Below the pieces are notes generated by a model. That model did not search any database, was not told the origin of the DNA, and worked only from the letters and a program-made list of their open reading frames with translations. A stretch of DNA of 63,786 nt, the filler included, from an uncultured Acidimicrobiia bacterium (GTDB taxonomy: Bacteria > Actinomycetota > Acidimicrobiia > Spongiisociales > JAOTWH01), in NCBI GenBank assembly GCA_964347285.1. It is 3 parts of 3 records of this genome, joined end to end, with 100 filler letters (N's around TTAATTAATTAA, not from the genome) between each part and the next. Parts side by side here need not be neighbours in the genome. Positions count along the whole stretch, not along the records: positions 24,801 to 49,263 come from CAYFYE010000031.1; 2 more parts are not named here. One strand, 5' to 3'. Both the position numbers and the translations under genes were made by a program. This document shows positions 33,661-42,971 of this stretch, one piece after another (position 1 is the first letter of the stretch; the number at the start of each line of letters is the position of its first letter).

Positions 33661-35594
33661 CAGCTCTCGGTGACCAGCACCGTGGAGACCCGGCCCCATC
33701 CCCAGCCGGTCTCGATTCCCGGCTCGGCCACCACGGCGATCTCGACCTCGGCCTCGCCGTCGTCCGGCAGAGGAATCTCGACGTCGACCCAGCGACTGCG
33801 GGCCGCGATGTCGGTCTCGTAGAGAATCTCGGCCCCGGCCCGCACCTGGAGGACGATCCGCCCCTCGTTGAACCCGTGGCCGTACAGCCAGCGGATCCGC
33901 CGCTCCTCGATCGAGATCTCCCCTCCGCCGGAGACCCGGCCGAGCAGCGCCGCCTCGGCGCCGGGCGCCGGATCGTCGGCGGTGAACTCGAGGGCCATGT
34001 AGGGCGACGGTCGAATGGGCACCTCCGTTCCGTCTTCGGCCAGATACACCCATCCCTCGCAGCCGCAGCCGGCCGTATCGAGATCGAGTCGTTCCGCCCC
34101 CGGACCGAACAGGTGGTAGCGACCGACCACGGCGTCGGCGGGGCCGCCGATGTCCCTGATGCGTTGCGGCAGACGCTCCACCCACAGATCGATGTGGGGC
34201 GGAGCGGCGGCCGGATCCTCGGTTCCCACATCGGAGAACCGGCTGACCAGCACCCTGGCGCCGTTCGTCACCGAGAGCGGGATGGCCTCGTCGTCGACGC
34301 CGGGGCCGAGGGCGATGTGGATCGGGTCCTGGTCGCCCGCCGTGGCGCGGCCCAGCGCCGCGTTGAGCTCCAAGAGATCGGGGGCGTGAGTCCACTCGCG
34401 GGGCCGATCGGCGGTGCGCACGACGGTCACCCCGACCACCAAGCCGGCAAGGGCGATTCCCACGGCGATGGCGGCTCGAGCCGGCCGCAGTCGGCCTACC
34501 AGACCCGGCAGGGCACCGACCAGAGGTGCCAGCGCCAGGATGAAGGCGAACATGAAACGCTCCGAGAAGGCACCCACCGCCGAGGACAGCAACGAGGTGC
34601 CGTAGAACATGGCGAAATGAAGCCCCACCAGAAAAGTCAGTCCCCGTACCGGACGTTTGCGCCGGCTGGCTACCAGGCCGACGGCCACCAGCACTCCCAG
34701 GAGTGGAGCGCTTCGGACCAGTGCTCCCGGGTAGTAGAGAATCCGGCCCAGCGGGTCCGAGAAGAGAGTGCCCCCAAACGCGCCCGAGAAGTAACGAGCC
34801 GACTCACGGGCAAAGTGCAGCGGATCGCCGGTCTGGGCGTAGTTGACCGCCACATACCAGAGCGGCACGAGGAGCGGAGCGGCCGCCAGCGCCACGGGCC
34901 GCCAGTGCCGCCTCAGCGCCGGCCGCCAGCGGCTACCCGAGGCGGGAGGCGCGCCGGTGAGCCGGGGAAAGATGCCCAGCTCCCATGCCGCCACCGTCGC
35001 CGCCCAGGCGGCGGCCAGGGTCCACCCGTCGTAGCGGAGCAGTGTTGCCGAAGCGACCGCCAGACTCCCCAAGGCGAGGGCGATCCAGGAGCGACTCTGC
35101 AGCCAGCCCACCAGCCCGGCGACGAGGCCGGCCACTGCCAGGTAGTACAGCCCCTCGGAGAGGCCCGACAGCGAGACGAACAGGCCCCACGGCGCAAAGA
35201 GGATCACCAGGAACGCGAAGAAGGCTCCGAGGCGGGATTGGAACAGACGCCACGCCGACCACCCCACCAGCAGGGAGGCCGCCACCACTGCGACCGTGTT
35301 GATGACTGCGGCCAGCACCATCGGGCTGTCGGCGAACCCGTCGCCGACGGCCCACTGAGCCATGCCGTACACCCAGGTCTGCAGCGGGAGCCAGACCAGG
35401 TCTCCGATGACCAGGAACGGGTCCTGAGCCCACTCCCTGGCCAGCACCACCCTGGTGAAGTCATCCCAGGTCAGCGCGCTCCAACCCGGCTCCCACCTCA
35501 TCACCCCCAACAGGGCGCGCCCGACCACAGCTGCGGCGCCGGCGGCGCCGAGAGCCAGGGCGTTGTGGGTTCGGAGGCTTGCCGGACGGGACAA
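33660..35594 (-). CDS. GT-C (PMT/ArnT-like) membrane glycosyltransferase
   Basis: WDDFTR acidic motif after TM1, WLPL, LSEG, LRYDGW, ERF; about 11 TMs plus a soluble C-terminal domain; coupled to the GT2 gene. Confidence 0.65.
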   Translation of the reverse strand: MSRPASLRTHNALALGAAGAAAVVGRALLGVMRWEPGWSALTWDDFTRVVLAREWAQDPFLVIGDLVWLPLQTWVYGMAQWAVGDGFADSPMVLAAVINTVAVVAASLLVGWSAWRLFQSRLGAFFAFLVILFAPWGLFVSLSGLSEGLYYLAVAGLVAGLVGWLQSRSWIALALGSLAVASATLLRYDGWTLAAAWAATVAAWELGIFPRLTGAPPASGSRWRPALRRHWRPVALAAAPLLVPLWYVAVNYAQTGDPLHFARESARYFSGAFGGTLFSDPLGRILYYPGALVRSAPLLGVLVAVGLVASRRKRPVRGLTFLVGLHFAMFYGTSLLSSAVGAFSERFMFAFILALAPLVGALPGLVGRLRPARAAIAVGIALAGLVVGVTVVRTADRPREWTHAPDLLELNAALGRATAGDQDPIHIALGPGVDDEAIPLSVTNGARVLVSRFSDVGTEDPAAAPPHIDLWVERLPQRIRDIGGPADAVVGRYHLFGPGAERLDLDTAGCGCEGWVYLAEDGTEVPIRPSPYMALEFTADDPAPGAEAALLGRVSGGGEISIEERRIRWLYGHGFNEGRIVLQVRAGAEILYETDIAARSRWVDVEIPLPDDGEAEVEIAVVAEPGIETGWGWGRVSTVLVTES

Positions 35595-35661
35595 ATGACT
35601 CCCGGTCGACGGCCGCTCACGTTAGCCGGAGGACAACGTCCGCCTCCGGCCCGCAACCCTC

Positions 35662-36060
35662 CTAGCGGCCCCTGCGCCTCGCCTTGGAGCGGGCTTTGAG
35701 GACCGTACGCAACGCCAGCACGGCGACCACGGCCACCACCTGAGCGCCCAGAACGATGCGCGACACGTCCACGGCCGGCTGCCAGGTCGCCTCGCCCCGC
35801 TTGATGACGAATGCCCCGACTGGTCGGGCGGAGGCCCCGAAGCCGCCGCCGACCCCCTGACCGCTGCCCGGCTCTCCTCCTACGCCACCACCTCCGCCGC
35901 CGCGCACGGCCGCCACCGGGATGATGGTGACGCCATCCTTCTCGAACGGCTCGCCGTAGACCCGCTTCACCGTCAGCACGTCCTGAGCCCCCGTCCACGG
36001 TCCCTCTGTGGGGAATCCCATGGGGCTCTTCTCGAACAGACCCTCTTCCACGGTGGCCAT
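35662..36060 (-). CDS. GerW/YtfJ-family protein (paralog of 13107..13454)
   Basis: RVYGEPFEKDGVTIIPVAAVRGGGGGG...GGGFGASARPVG; GGAGGAG RBS. Confidence 0.8.
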   Translation of the reverse strand: MATVEEGLFEKSPMGFPTEGPWTGAQDVLTVKRVYGEPFEKDGVTIIPVAAVRGGGGGGVGGEPGSGQGVGGGFGASARPVGAFVIKRGEATWQPAVDVSRIVLGAQVVAVVAVLALRTVLKARSKARRRGR

Positions 36061-36148
36061 TGCTCCTCCCTTCATCCCGCTACCGAACGGTACATGCCCA
36101 GTCTGATGCTATCCACGTGCGATTCGTAGGGCCGAACGGCCGACCTCC

Positions 36149-37198
36149 TCAGTCCTCCGCCAGATCGGCCCAGGTGGCCCCGGTGACCCGGATCAGATCA
36201 TCCAGGTCGATCGGAAAGACCGTGGTCGGTGTCCCCGCCGCCGCCCAGACTTCCCGGTGGCGGCCCAGGTTCGGATCGGCATAGAGGACCAACGGACGGG
36301 TGTGGCCGAACGGCGGCGTCCCTCCGGCGACATAGCCGGTCGCCGCCCGGACCTCGTCCAGGGAGGCCCGGCGCGCCTCGGCGCCGCCGTGCACTTCGGC
36401 CAGCTTGGCCGGATCGAGGCGTACGTCGCCGGGAAGAAGCGCAATCACCGGCTGACCGTCCACCACGAACACAAGTGATTTGACGATGGCCGACACCGGA
36501 CAGCCGATGGCGTCGGCCGCCTCCTGCGACGTCTTGGTGCCCTCGGGAAAGAGCAGCACGGCGATGTCGAGCCCCAAGTCCCGTCCGGCCGCGGCCACCC
36601 GGTGGGAGGCCGTCGGCAGATCCGACAGGGCGGTGGGCGGAGGAGGTGTCCTGCACACCGAGACGCCCCCCTCCGTAGCCAGATGGGTCATCGCAACGTC
36701 ATGAGGTTTCTCGGGAAGAGCGTCTACCACCAGTGCAGAAGGCACGATCCCCACCCGAGGTACCCCGGGCTCCAGCCGGGTCAGCAGCTCATCGAAGTAC
36801 CCCGAACCCCTCCCCAGGCGGATGCCGGTCCGGTCGAAGGCCAGCCCGGGAACCAACGCAACATCGATCTCGACGGGATCCACCTGCGGTGCGTCGGCCA
36901 ACGGCTGCAGGAACCCGTATCGGTGCCACTCGGTCGGCGAGGCGTACGGGTGCACGGTCAACGGCCCGCGATCAGGAGTCCTGGTGACGACCAACTCGAC
37001 CTCAGATTCGGCGAGCGGCGACAGGTCGATTTCATCGGCCAGAGGGTGGTAGGTGAGGACCACCCCCTGGAGTCCCTCCCAGGCGAGCAGCCCGACGACC
37101 ACTCGCTGCGATAGCTCTTGGAAGTCGAGCCCACTCCGAACACTCCGGGCCCAGGTCCGCCACTCCTCCTTGGAGGCCCGCGACGACGGCCCGGCCAT
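36149..37198 (-). CDS. 5-formyltetrahydrofolate cyclo-ligase fused to a YbaK/EbsC (INS-superfamily) aminoacyl-tRNA deacylase domain
   Basis: N-terminal LVPGLAFD...RLGRGSGYFD...PHDV; C-terminal IVKSLVF...GYVAGGTPPFGH...VWAAAG in the same frame; TGATG coupling with the upstream SDR. Confidence 0.85.
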   Translation of the reverse strand: MAGPSSRASKEEWRTWARSVRSGLDFQELSQRVVVGLLAWEGLQGVVLTYHPLADEIDLSPLAESEVELVVTRTPDRGPLTVHPYASPTEWHRYGFLQPLADAPQVDPVEIDVALVPGLAFDRTGIRLGRGSGYFDELLTRLEPGVPRVGIVPSALVVDALPEKPHDVAMTHLATEGGVSVCRTPPPPTALSDLPTASHRVAAAGRDLGLDIAVLLFPEGTKTSQEAADAIGCPVSAIVKSLVFVVDGQPVIALLPGDVRLDPAKLAEVHGGAEARRASLDEVRAATGYVAGGTPPFGHTRPLVLYADPNLGRHREVWAAAGTPTTVFPIDLDDLIRVTGATWADLAED

Positions 37199-38100
37199 CA
37201 CCCGGCGAGCTTCTGCCCCAATTTGCCCAGCTCCTCCTGGGACGAGGCGGGGACGCCGTAGCCGTCCTCGCTGCGAATGGCCTCCAGGTTGGCGGCTACT
37301 TCCTCGATGGTGGGCGGTCCCTCCTCCCCGTCCTTGAAATAGCCCTCGGCGAGCCCGATGAACATGCGGGCCACCTTGCCTCCTCCAACCGACCAGAGCT
37401 CGCCGCTCAACTCGCATTCCTCAGAGCAGAGATAGGCGACGACCGGCGACACCTGTTCGGGCCGGAGCTTTTCGGCCAGTGGACCGAGCAGTTCGGACGT
37501 CATGCGGGTGTGAGCGATGGGGGCGATGGCGTTGACGTTGATGTTGTACTTGGCACCTTCAAGCTTCAGCACATTCATCAAGCCGACCAGGCCCATCTTG
37601 GCTGCGCCGTAATTGCTCTGGCCGAAGTTACCCAACACCCCCGAACCAGAGGAGGTCAGCACGATGCGGCCGTAGCCCTGCTCTTTCATGTGGAGAAACG
37701 CCGGTCTGGTGACGTAGAACGCTCCCTTGAGGTGCACGTCGAGCACGGCATCGAGATCGGGCCAATCCAGCTTGCCAAAGCTCCGGTCCCGCAGGATGCC
37801 GGCATTGTTGACCAGGATGTCGACGCGGCCGAACTCGTCGAGGGCCTTGCCGACGATGGCCTCGCCGCCTTCCGGGGTCGCTACCGAGGATCCTTCCGCC
37901 ACCGCCACCCCTGCCGCGGCAGTGATCTCCTCCACCACCCGGTGGGCCGGCTCCGTGCTCGAGCCCTCTCCCGACACCGTGCCACCGAAGTCGTTGACGA
38001 CCACGGCGGCACCGCGCGAGGCGAGGAGAAGGGCGTGCGAGCGACCCAATCCCCCTCCGGCGCCGGTGACGACGGCGACCCGATCCTGGAAGTCGATCAT
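37198..38100 (-). CDS. SDR family oxidoreductase (MFE-2/3-hydroxyacyl-CoA dehydrogenase-like)
   Basis: TGAGGGLG, NNAGILRD, YGAAK, NAIAP. Confidence 0.92.
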   Translation of the reverse strand: MIDFQDRVAVVTGAGGGLGRSHALLLASRGAAVVVNDFGGTVSGEGSSTEPAHRVVEEITAAAGVAVAEGSSVATPEGGEAIVGKALDEFGRVDILVNNAGILRDRSFGKLDWPDLDAVLDVHLKGAFYVTRPAFLHMKEQGYGRIVLTSSGSGVLGNFGQSNYGAAKMGLVGLMNVLKLEGAKYNINVNAIAPIAHTRMTSELLGPLAEKLRPEQVSPVVAYLCSEECELSGELWSVGGGKVARMFIGLAEGYFKDGEEGPPTIEEVAANLEAIRSEDGYGVPASSQEELGKLGQKLAG

Positions 38101-38174
38101 GACCGAACCTCCTCCGCGCCCTGTCGCAACCCTAGTCCGGCCCCCTCCAGCGCCCGCCGGGGTACGGTGGACAC

Positions 38175-39443
38175 ATGTCCGGCAACCAGCGTCCCCGCGG
38201 ATCGGTCCGCCCCATCGGCCCGACCGATCAGCAGCCGCCGCGCTTCGGAGCCGCTCTGGCAGCCGCGGCGCTGGTCACACTGGCGGTGGGAACGGTCGCC
38301 CTGGTGCTGGCATCCCGGCCCGATAATCCAGGAGACCGGCGGGAGTCGGCAACGGAAGAAGCCGTGGAAACTACCACGACAACGTCGACGACGACGCCCG
38401 CCCTCTCGCTCGGGGAACAGGTCCGTGGATTTCAAGGTGCCCTCCGAGCTACGTTCGTTGGCGAGAGCGGCTCCCCACATCCGTGGACGTGGGGAGCCGA
38501 GCGGCTCTCACCTCTCCTCCTCGATTTCCCCAACGGCACCGAGACGCTCTCCTGGGACCCGGCAGCATCGCTCCTGGCGGCCATCGTCCGACCCGACACC
38601 GGGCCGGGCACGCTCCACCTCGGGCCCCCGACGACCATTCGCGGGGCTTTCGACGCGGTGGCCTCTTACGTGTGGCATGACACCGAACCGGAGCGCCTGG
38701 CGTTCCTGACCGAGCCTCGACCGGACGGGTTCACCGAGCTGTGGAGGACCGTGCCCACCGTGCTCAGCCAAGCGAGCGGAGCGTTTACCGCTTTTCGCGT
38801 GGCCCGCCTGCCTTTCGAGGCCCGCCTGGCCGGCTACGGGAGCTGGGGGTTTGCCCTCGTCGACACCAACCCCACCGAAGAGCGTGTCGACCAGCTGATC
38901 ACGCTCGATCCGGACGGTGCCTTGGTCGCCCAGGCATCGCTCCGTCTGCTGGACACCGGCGCGGGGGGACGCTTGCTGGGCGCAATCAATCCCGCCGGCA
39001 CCGCCTATATCCTGATGATCACCGACCCCTCTCTGGCTAATCCCGAGCTTGTGGGGACTACCGGGGGCCCGGAGGGTTTGCTCTCTCCTAACGGCAAGTG
39101 GGTTGCCGGAGTCATAACCGCGTCGGGGAGAGCAGTGCTCGAGGTGTTTCCGACCGCCGAGGTCGAAACGCTCGACCTGCTGGCCACCGGCGGCCAGCCC
39201 TCCATCCGCATACCGATCGGCACGGCATGGGCCTCGCCCGCGGCCTGGAGCAGAAACGGCCGCTGGATTCTCCTGACCCAGACCCAGCAACGTGCCGGCG
39301 GCCCGGCGACGGCACTGTATTTCGTCGACCTCCTCGACGAATCGGTCTATGTCGTGCCCGTCGACGGCCTCATCCTCGATCCGGTTGTGGATGCCGACGG
39401 CGTCGGGGCGGCCGCCTTCGGGCTGACCTCAGGAAGCAGCTAG
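38175..39443 (+). CDS. Membrane-anchored hypothetical protein with TolB-like propeller repeats
   Basis: N-terminal TM, Thr-rich linker, then SWDP/LSPNG/WSRNG repeats. Confidence 0.65.
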   Translation: MSGNQRPRGSVRPIGPTDQQPPRFGAALAAAALVTLAVGTVALVLASRPDNPGDRRESATEEAVETTTTTSTTTPALSLGEQVRGFQGALRATFVGESGSPHPWTWGAERLSPLLLDFPNGTETLSWDPAASLLAAIVRPDTGPGTLHLGPPTTIRGAFDAVASYVWHDTEPERLAFLTEPRPDGFTELWRTVPTVLSQASGAFTAFRVARLPFEARLAGYGSWGFALVDTNPTEERVDQLITLDPDGALVAQASLRLLDTGAGGRLLGAINPAGTAYILMITDPSLANPELVGTTGGPEGLLSPNGKWVAGVITASGRAVLEVFPTAEVETLDLLATGGQPSIRIPIGTAWASPAAWSRNGRWILLTQTQQRAGGPATALYFVDLLDESVYVVPVDGLILDPVVDADGVGAAAFGLTSGSS

Positions 39444-39926
39444 CCGACGCCACCCGGAGAGCCCGGGCCAGACGGCCCGGGGTCGACTCCGACGTCGCCG
39501 AACTCCAGCCGGCCGCCCAGCTCCTCCAGCCTCCGGACCAGCGCAACCGCCACCCGAGACTTGTCGCAGCCTTCCTCGGGTAGGCACCCTTCACCTCGAG
39601 TCGCCCTCCGACCCGATCAGACTTCACATCGACGCGGGCCACGAATTCCTCTCTCAGCAGAAGCGGGAGCACGTGGTAGCCGTACAGCGCTGGGGCTTGG
39701 GAACGTAGATCCCTCTACCGACCCGAACCCCGAATGGTCGCTGGGGCGGCCGAGACGGGAGAACGGCAGGTAGTGGGGCCGCACCAACACGTTCACGGAG
39801 TCGATCCGGACCGCACCACCCGGCGCAGATGGTGCACGTCGATCCTGCGCCGGGGCGGGAGCCGACCGGATCCCCATTTGCGGCCGGGGCCAGTCGTCTC
39901 GCTTCGAATGCTGAAAGCTGGGCCAA
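39440..39926 (-). pseudogene. Degraded YcaQ/AlkZ-family crosslink-repair DNA glycosylase
   Basis: LSAFEARRLA, IDSVNVLVRPHYLPFSRLG, IYVP and LPLLL..EFVARVDVKSDR lie in different frames; the central region is deleted. Confidence 0.75.
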
Positions 39927-39952
39927 TGGGAGGACGGGCTAGCCTACCTGCG

Positions 39953-40693
39953 GTGGGGCGGACCCTCTTGGCTGCGGTGCGCACGGCCTTCGGCATGACG
40001 GTCGTCGTCCTGACCACGCTGGTGCTGGGGACCGTGGTGTGGATTGCCTCGGCCCGCAACCCAAGATCGCCCCTCATCGACCGCTTGCTTCTGGTATGGG
40101 CGCGCATCTTCCTGACCGTTGTGGGCGTCACCCTCTCGGTCGAGGGAGCCGAGCGCATCGATCCCTCTCGTACCTATGTGTTCGTGTCCAACCACCTCTC
40201 CAACATCGACATCCCCGTCCACTTCCTGGCGGCCCGGGTACCGATTCGGTACCTGGCCAAGAAGGAGCTGTTCCGGGTGCCGTTCCTGGGCGGGGTGATG
40301 CGCGCCATCGGCATCATCGAGGTCGATCGTCGGGCCGGGGCGGCCGCCCACGCCGCCGTCAACGAGCAGGTGGCTGCGGCTGTCCGGCTGGGCAGATCAC
40401 TGATGATCTACCCGGAGGGGACGAGGTCGCGCGGCGGTGAGATGGCATCCTTCAAGAAGGGGGCGTTCCGCATCGCCATCAGCAATCGCATGGATGTCCT
40501 CCCGATGGCGATCAGCGGAAGCCATGAGGCCTGGCCGCCCGGCAAGAAGATAATTCGGGGAGGCCCGGTTCGGTTGAGGATCCTCGAGCCGATCTCGGTG
40601 CAGGGGCTCGATGTGGCCGACATCGACCACGTGCGCCGGCGGGCCGAGCAAGCAGTGGCCGATGCCTTGAGGGAGCCGGCGCCCGGCCCGTAG
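39953..40693 (+). CDS. Lysophospholipid acyltransferase (PlsC-like)
   Basis: NHLSNID, AKKELF, YPEGTRS, FKKGAF; start approximate. Confidence 0.9.
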   Translation: MGRTLLAAVRTAFGMTVVVLTTLVLGTVVWIASARNPRSPLIDRLLLVWARIFLTVVGVTLSVEGAERIDPSRTYVFVSNHLSNIDIPVHFLAARVPIRYLAKKELFRVPFLGGVMRAIGIIEVDRRAGAAAHAAVNEQVAAAVRLGRSLMIYPEGTRSRGGEMASFKKGAFRIAISNRMDVLPMAISGSHEAWPPGKKIIRGGPVRLRILEPISVQGLDVADIDHVRRRAEQAVADALREPAPGP

Positions 40694-40888
40694 CGCGGCC
40701 GCTCGCCTCGGCACCTCGGACCGACCACACCTTCGGCGAGTGGCGACGGCCCGCATCGAAGAAGACGTACCGGGAGAGATTCCGGGCTCGGCCGCTTCCC
40801 GGCGGGCGAGGGTCGAGGCCGACCATGCCCTGGAGCCACCGGCCTGAGGCGAGCGACGACCCGTGAGCGGGACGTGGGGTGAGGCCAC

Positions 40889-42358
40889 TCAGTCGTAGAT
40901 GCCGGACAGGTAGGTCCGCCCGGCGCGTACCTCGCACAGCACCGCGCCCGCCGAAGTGACCACCTGGTAACGGTCGCACGAGCCTTCTCCTTTCCACCAT
41001 CGTCCCAAGCGCCGCCACGGTCCCGCCCACGACAGCACCGGCTCCCAGCGGGAGCCGAGCCGGATCCGGACCGGCATCCCTCCGTCCCACTCCACTTCCA
41101 GCGGAATGGGCTGGGGTGGTACCAGGGCCGGGGACGGGCCGGGAAGCCGGCCCGGCCAGGGCGCGGCCGGATCGCGCTCGGGGGCCGCCGCCTCCTCGCC
41201 CCACCGATACCACTGCACCCGCTCGAGGGGATCGCGCCCGCCCTGGGCCCTGGCCCGGCGCACGGCATCGGGCCCGCCCAGCGCCTGGACCCGGGCAAAC
41301 GACCGGGCTGCTTCGGCCTCGGTGGTGGCATCCTCATCGAGCGCCAGCTGGCGGCCCTCGTCGGAGAGATCGCCCGGCGCCAGCCGCAGCCGGGCCAGGC
41401 CGCCGGGAATGCCGCCTCCTTCCACCCAGGCCCGCAACTGCCACCACACCCGGTCCCCCAGCTCGGCCTCGCTCATCGGGTCGGCGCTTCGCCAGACCCG
41501 CCGCCGGATCTCCCCCCCGGCCGCCTCCGCCTCGACCTCGACCCGATACGGTGCGGAGCCGGTGGGCATCAGGCGCTCGACCAGCCGGGCGGCCAAGGCC
41601 CGGGCGGCGAACCCGGCCTGCTCCAAGACCTCCAGCGGAGGAACGAATCGCTCCTCGACGGCCTGATCCTCGGAGACGCGGCGCGGCGCAAGAGAGCGGT
41701 CCTCGCCGCTGGCGATCCGGTGGGCCTCGAGGCCGGGACGGCCAAATCGGGACAGGACCGCCGCCCGCGGCAGCCGGGCCAGATCGCCGAGCGTGGTGAC
41801 CCCGAGCCAGCGGAAGGTGGCCACGAGGTCCTCGGGAGCGATGGCGGCTACGTCGAGCGAGGCCAGAAAAGCGGCGTCGTCGGTCACGATGTGGATCGGG
41901 TCGCCCTCGCTCGCCAGGTCGGCGGCGCGCCGGGCGGCAAACGGCCCGGCGGCCAGCCCGAGCCGGACCCCGGGCCCGCCGGCACTCTCGGCTTCCTTCA
42001 GCACCCGGTCGGCGAGGGGCGCCTCGCCGCCGTAGTAGCGAACGGCGCCGGACACCGGGACGAAGAGCAGGCCGGGCTCGGCCACCTCGACCCGGGGTAC
42101 CACCTCCTCCACGGCAGCGACAACCGGCTCGAAGTCGGCGGCTTCCTTCCCGAGATCGCGACGCAGGGTCACCACCCGGGGACAGATCGCCTCGGCCTCG
42201 CCCCGGGCCATGCCGGGACGGATGCCGGCGGCGGCAGCCGGGCCGTTGACCGCCGCTACCCGATTGTCGTCGTCGACGGCCTGGCAGGGCTCATCCGGCG
42301 ACGTCCCCGGCCGTCGCAACGGCCACTCGGGGAACCACACGCAAAGCGTCCGTCCCAT
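40889..42358 (-). CDS. imuB: ImuB, catalytically inactive Y-family polymerase
   Basis: CVWFPEWP replaces the catalytic acidic motif; GIRPGM, RYYGGE, LGVTTLGDLARL, GRQLAL clamp motif, C-terminal AGPW...WW...YD. Confidence 0.88.
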   Translation of the reverse strand: MGRTLCVWFPEWPLRRPGTSPDEPCQAVDDDNRVAAVNGPAAAAGIRPGMARGEAEAICPRVVTLRRDLGKEAADFEPVVAAVEEVVPRVEVAEPGLLFVPVSGAVRYYGGEAPLADRVLKEAESAGGPGVRLGLAAGPFAARRAADLASEGDPIHIVTDDAAFLASLDVAAIAPEDLVATFRWLGVTTLGDLARLPRAAVLSRFGRPGLEAHRIASGEDRSLAPRRVSEDQAVEERFVPPLEVLEQAGFAARALAARLVERLMPTGSAPYRVEVEAEAAGGEIRRRVWRSADPMSEAELGDRVWWQLRAWVEGGGIPGGLARLRLAPGDLSDEGRQLALDEDATTEAEAARSFARVQALGGPDAVRRARAQGGRDPLERVQWYRWGEEAAAPERDPAAPWPGRLPGPSPALVPPQPIPLEVEWDGGMPVRIRLGSRWEPVLSWAGPWRRLGRWWKGEGSCDRYQVVTSAGAVLCEVRAGRTYLSGIYD

Positions 42359-42902
42359 CGTCCTCCACCTCATAGACCTGCATCATCCCGCCCGCCCCCT
42401 TCCCCGACGCTTCGATCACCATCCGCCGGCGCTGGAGGCGCCCGTGACCGGCATCGGGACCTTCCCAGGCCACCTCCTGTACCGCGAGGCGGAGATGGGC
42501 CACTCCAGCGGGCAGCACGCCTCGCAGCGGGCGAAGCAGCACCGACGACTTCCTGGCTCTGACCAAGGCCCCCAATCGGCGCAGTACGGGATCGGCCACC
42601 CCGGTGGGGACCTCGGCGTACACGGCCCGGACCCCCTCGACCAAGGCAGCCAGCACTCGGGGCCAACGCTCCCGATCGTTGCAGCGGACCACGATCAGCC
42701 GTTCCGGCAACACCCCGGCCTCCCAGGCGGCGAGGGGACAGAACCAGCCTCTGACGTCGAGGACGGCGATGGGTCCGGCCCGGGCCGGCTCAGCGAGGAG
42801 AGCCAGTCCGAGGCGGGTCAGCCCGGTCCCCACCGGACCGGAAAGCCCGATCACCCGGCCGGGCTGTAGCCCCGATAGCCCGGCCGGGTTCGCTTGCAGC
42901 AT
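42291..42902 (-). CDS. imuA: ImuA'-like RecA-fold protein
   Basis: GRVIGLSGPVGTGLT degenerate P-loop, AAWEAGV..ERL, W.G...GHGRL..R; overlaps the imuB start. Confidence 0.8.
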   Translation of the reverse strand: MLQANPAGLSGLQPGRVIGLSGPVGTGLTRLGLALLAEPARAGPIAVLDVRGWFCPLAAWEAGVLPERLIVVRCNDRERWPRVLAALVEGVRAVYAEVPTGVADPVLRRLGALVRARKSSVLLRPLRGVLPAGVAHLRLAVQEVAWEGPDAGHGRLQRRRMVIEASGKGAGGMMQVYEVEDDGTDALRVVPRVAVATAGDVAG

Positions 42903-42939
42903 GAACCCCACGTCCGCCCTCCAGAATGGACGAACATGG

Positions 42940-42959
42940 TATCGAACATATGTTCGATA
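42940..42959. promoter_or_regulatory. LexA (SOS) box
   Basis: Perfect 20-bp palindrome TATCGAACATATGTTCGATA containing TCGAAC-N4-GTTCGA, about 40 bp upstream of imuA'. Confidence 0.92.
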
Positions 42960-42971
42960 TGTCAAGAGAGG

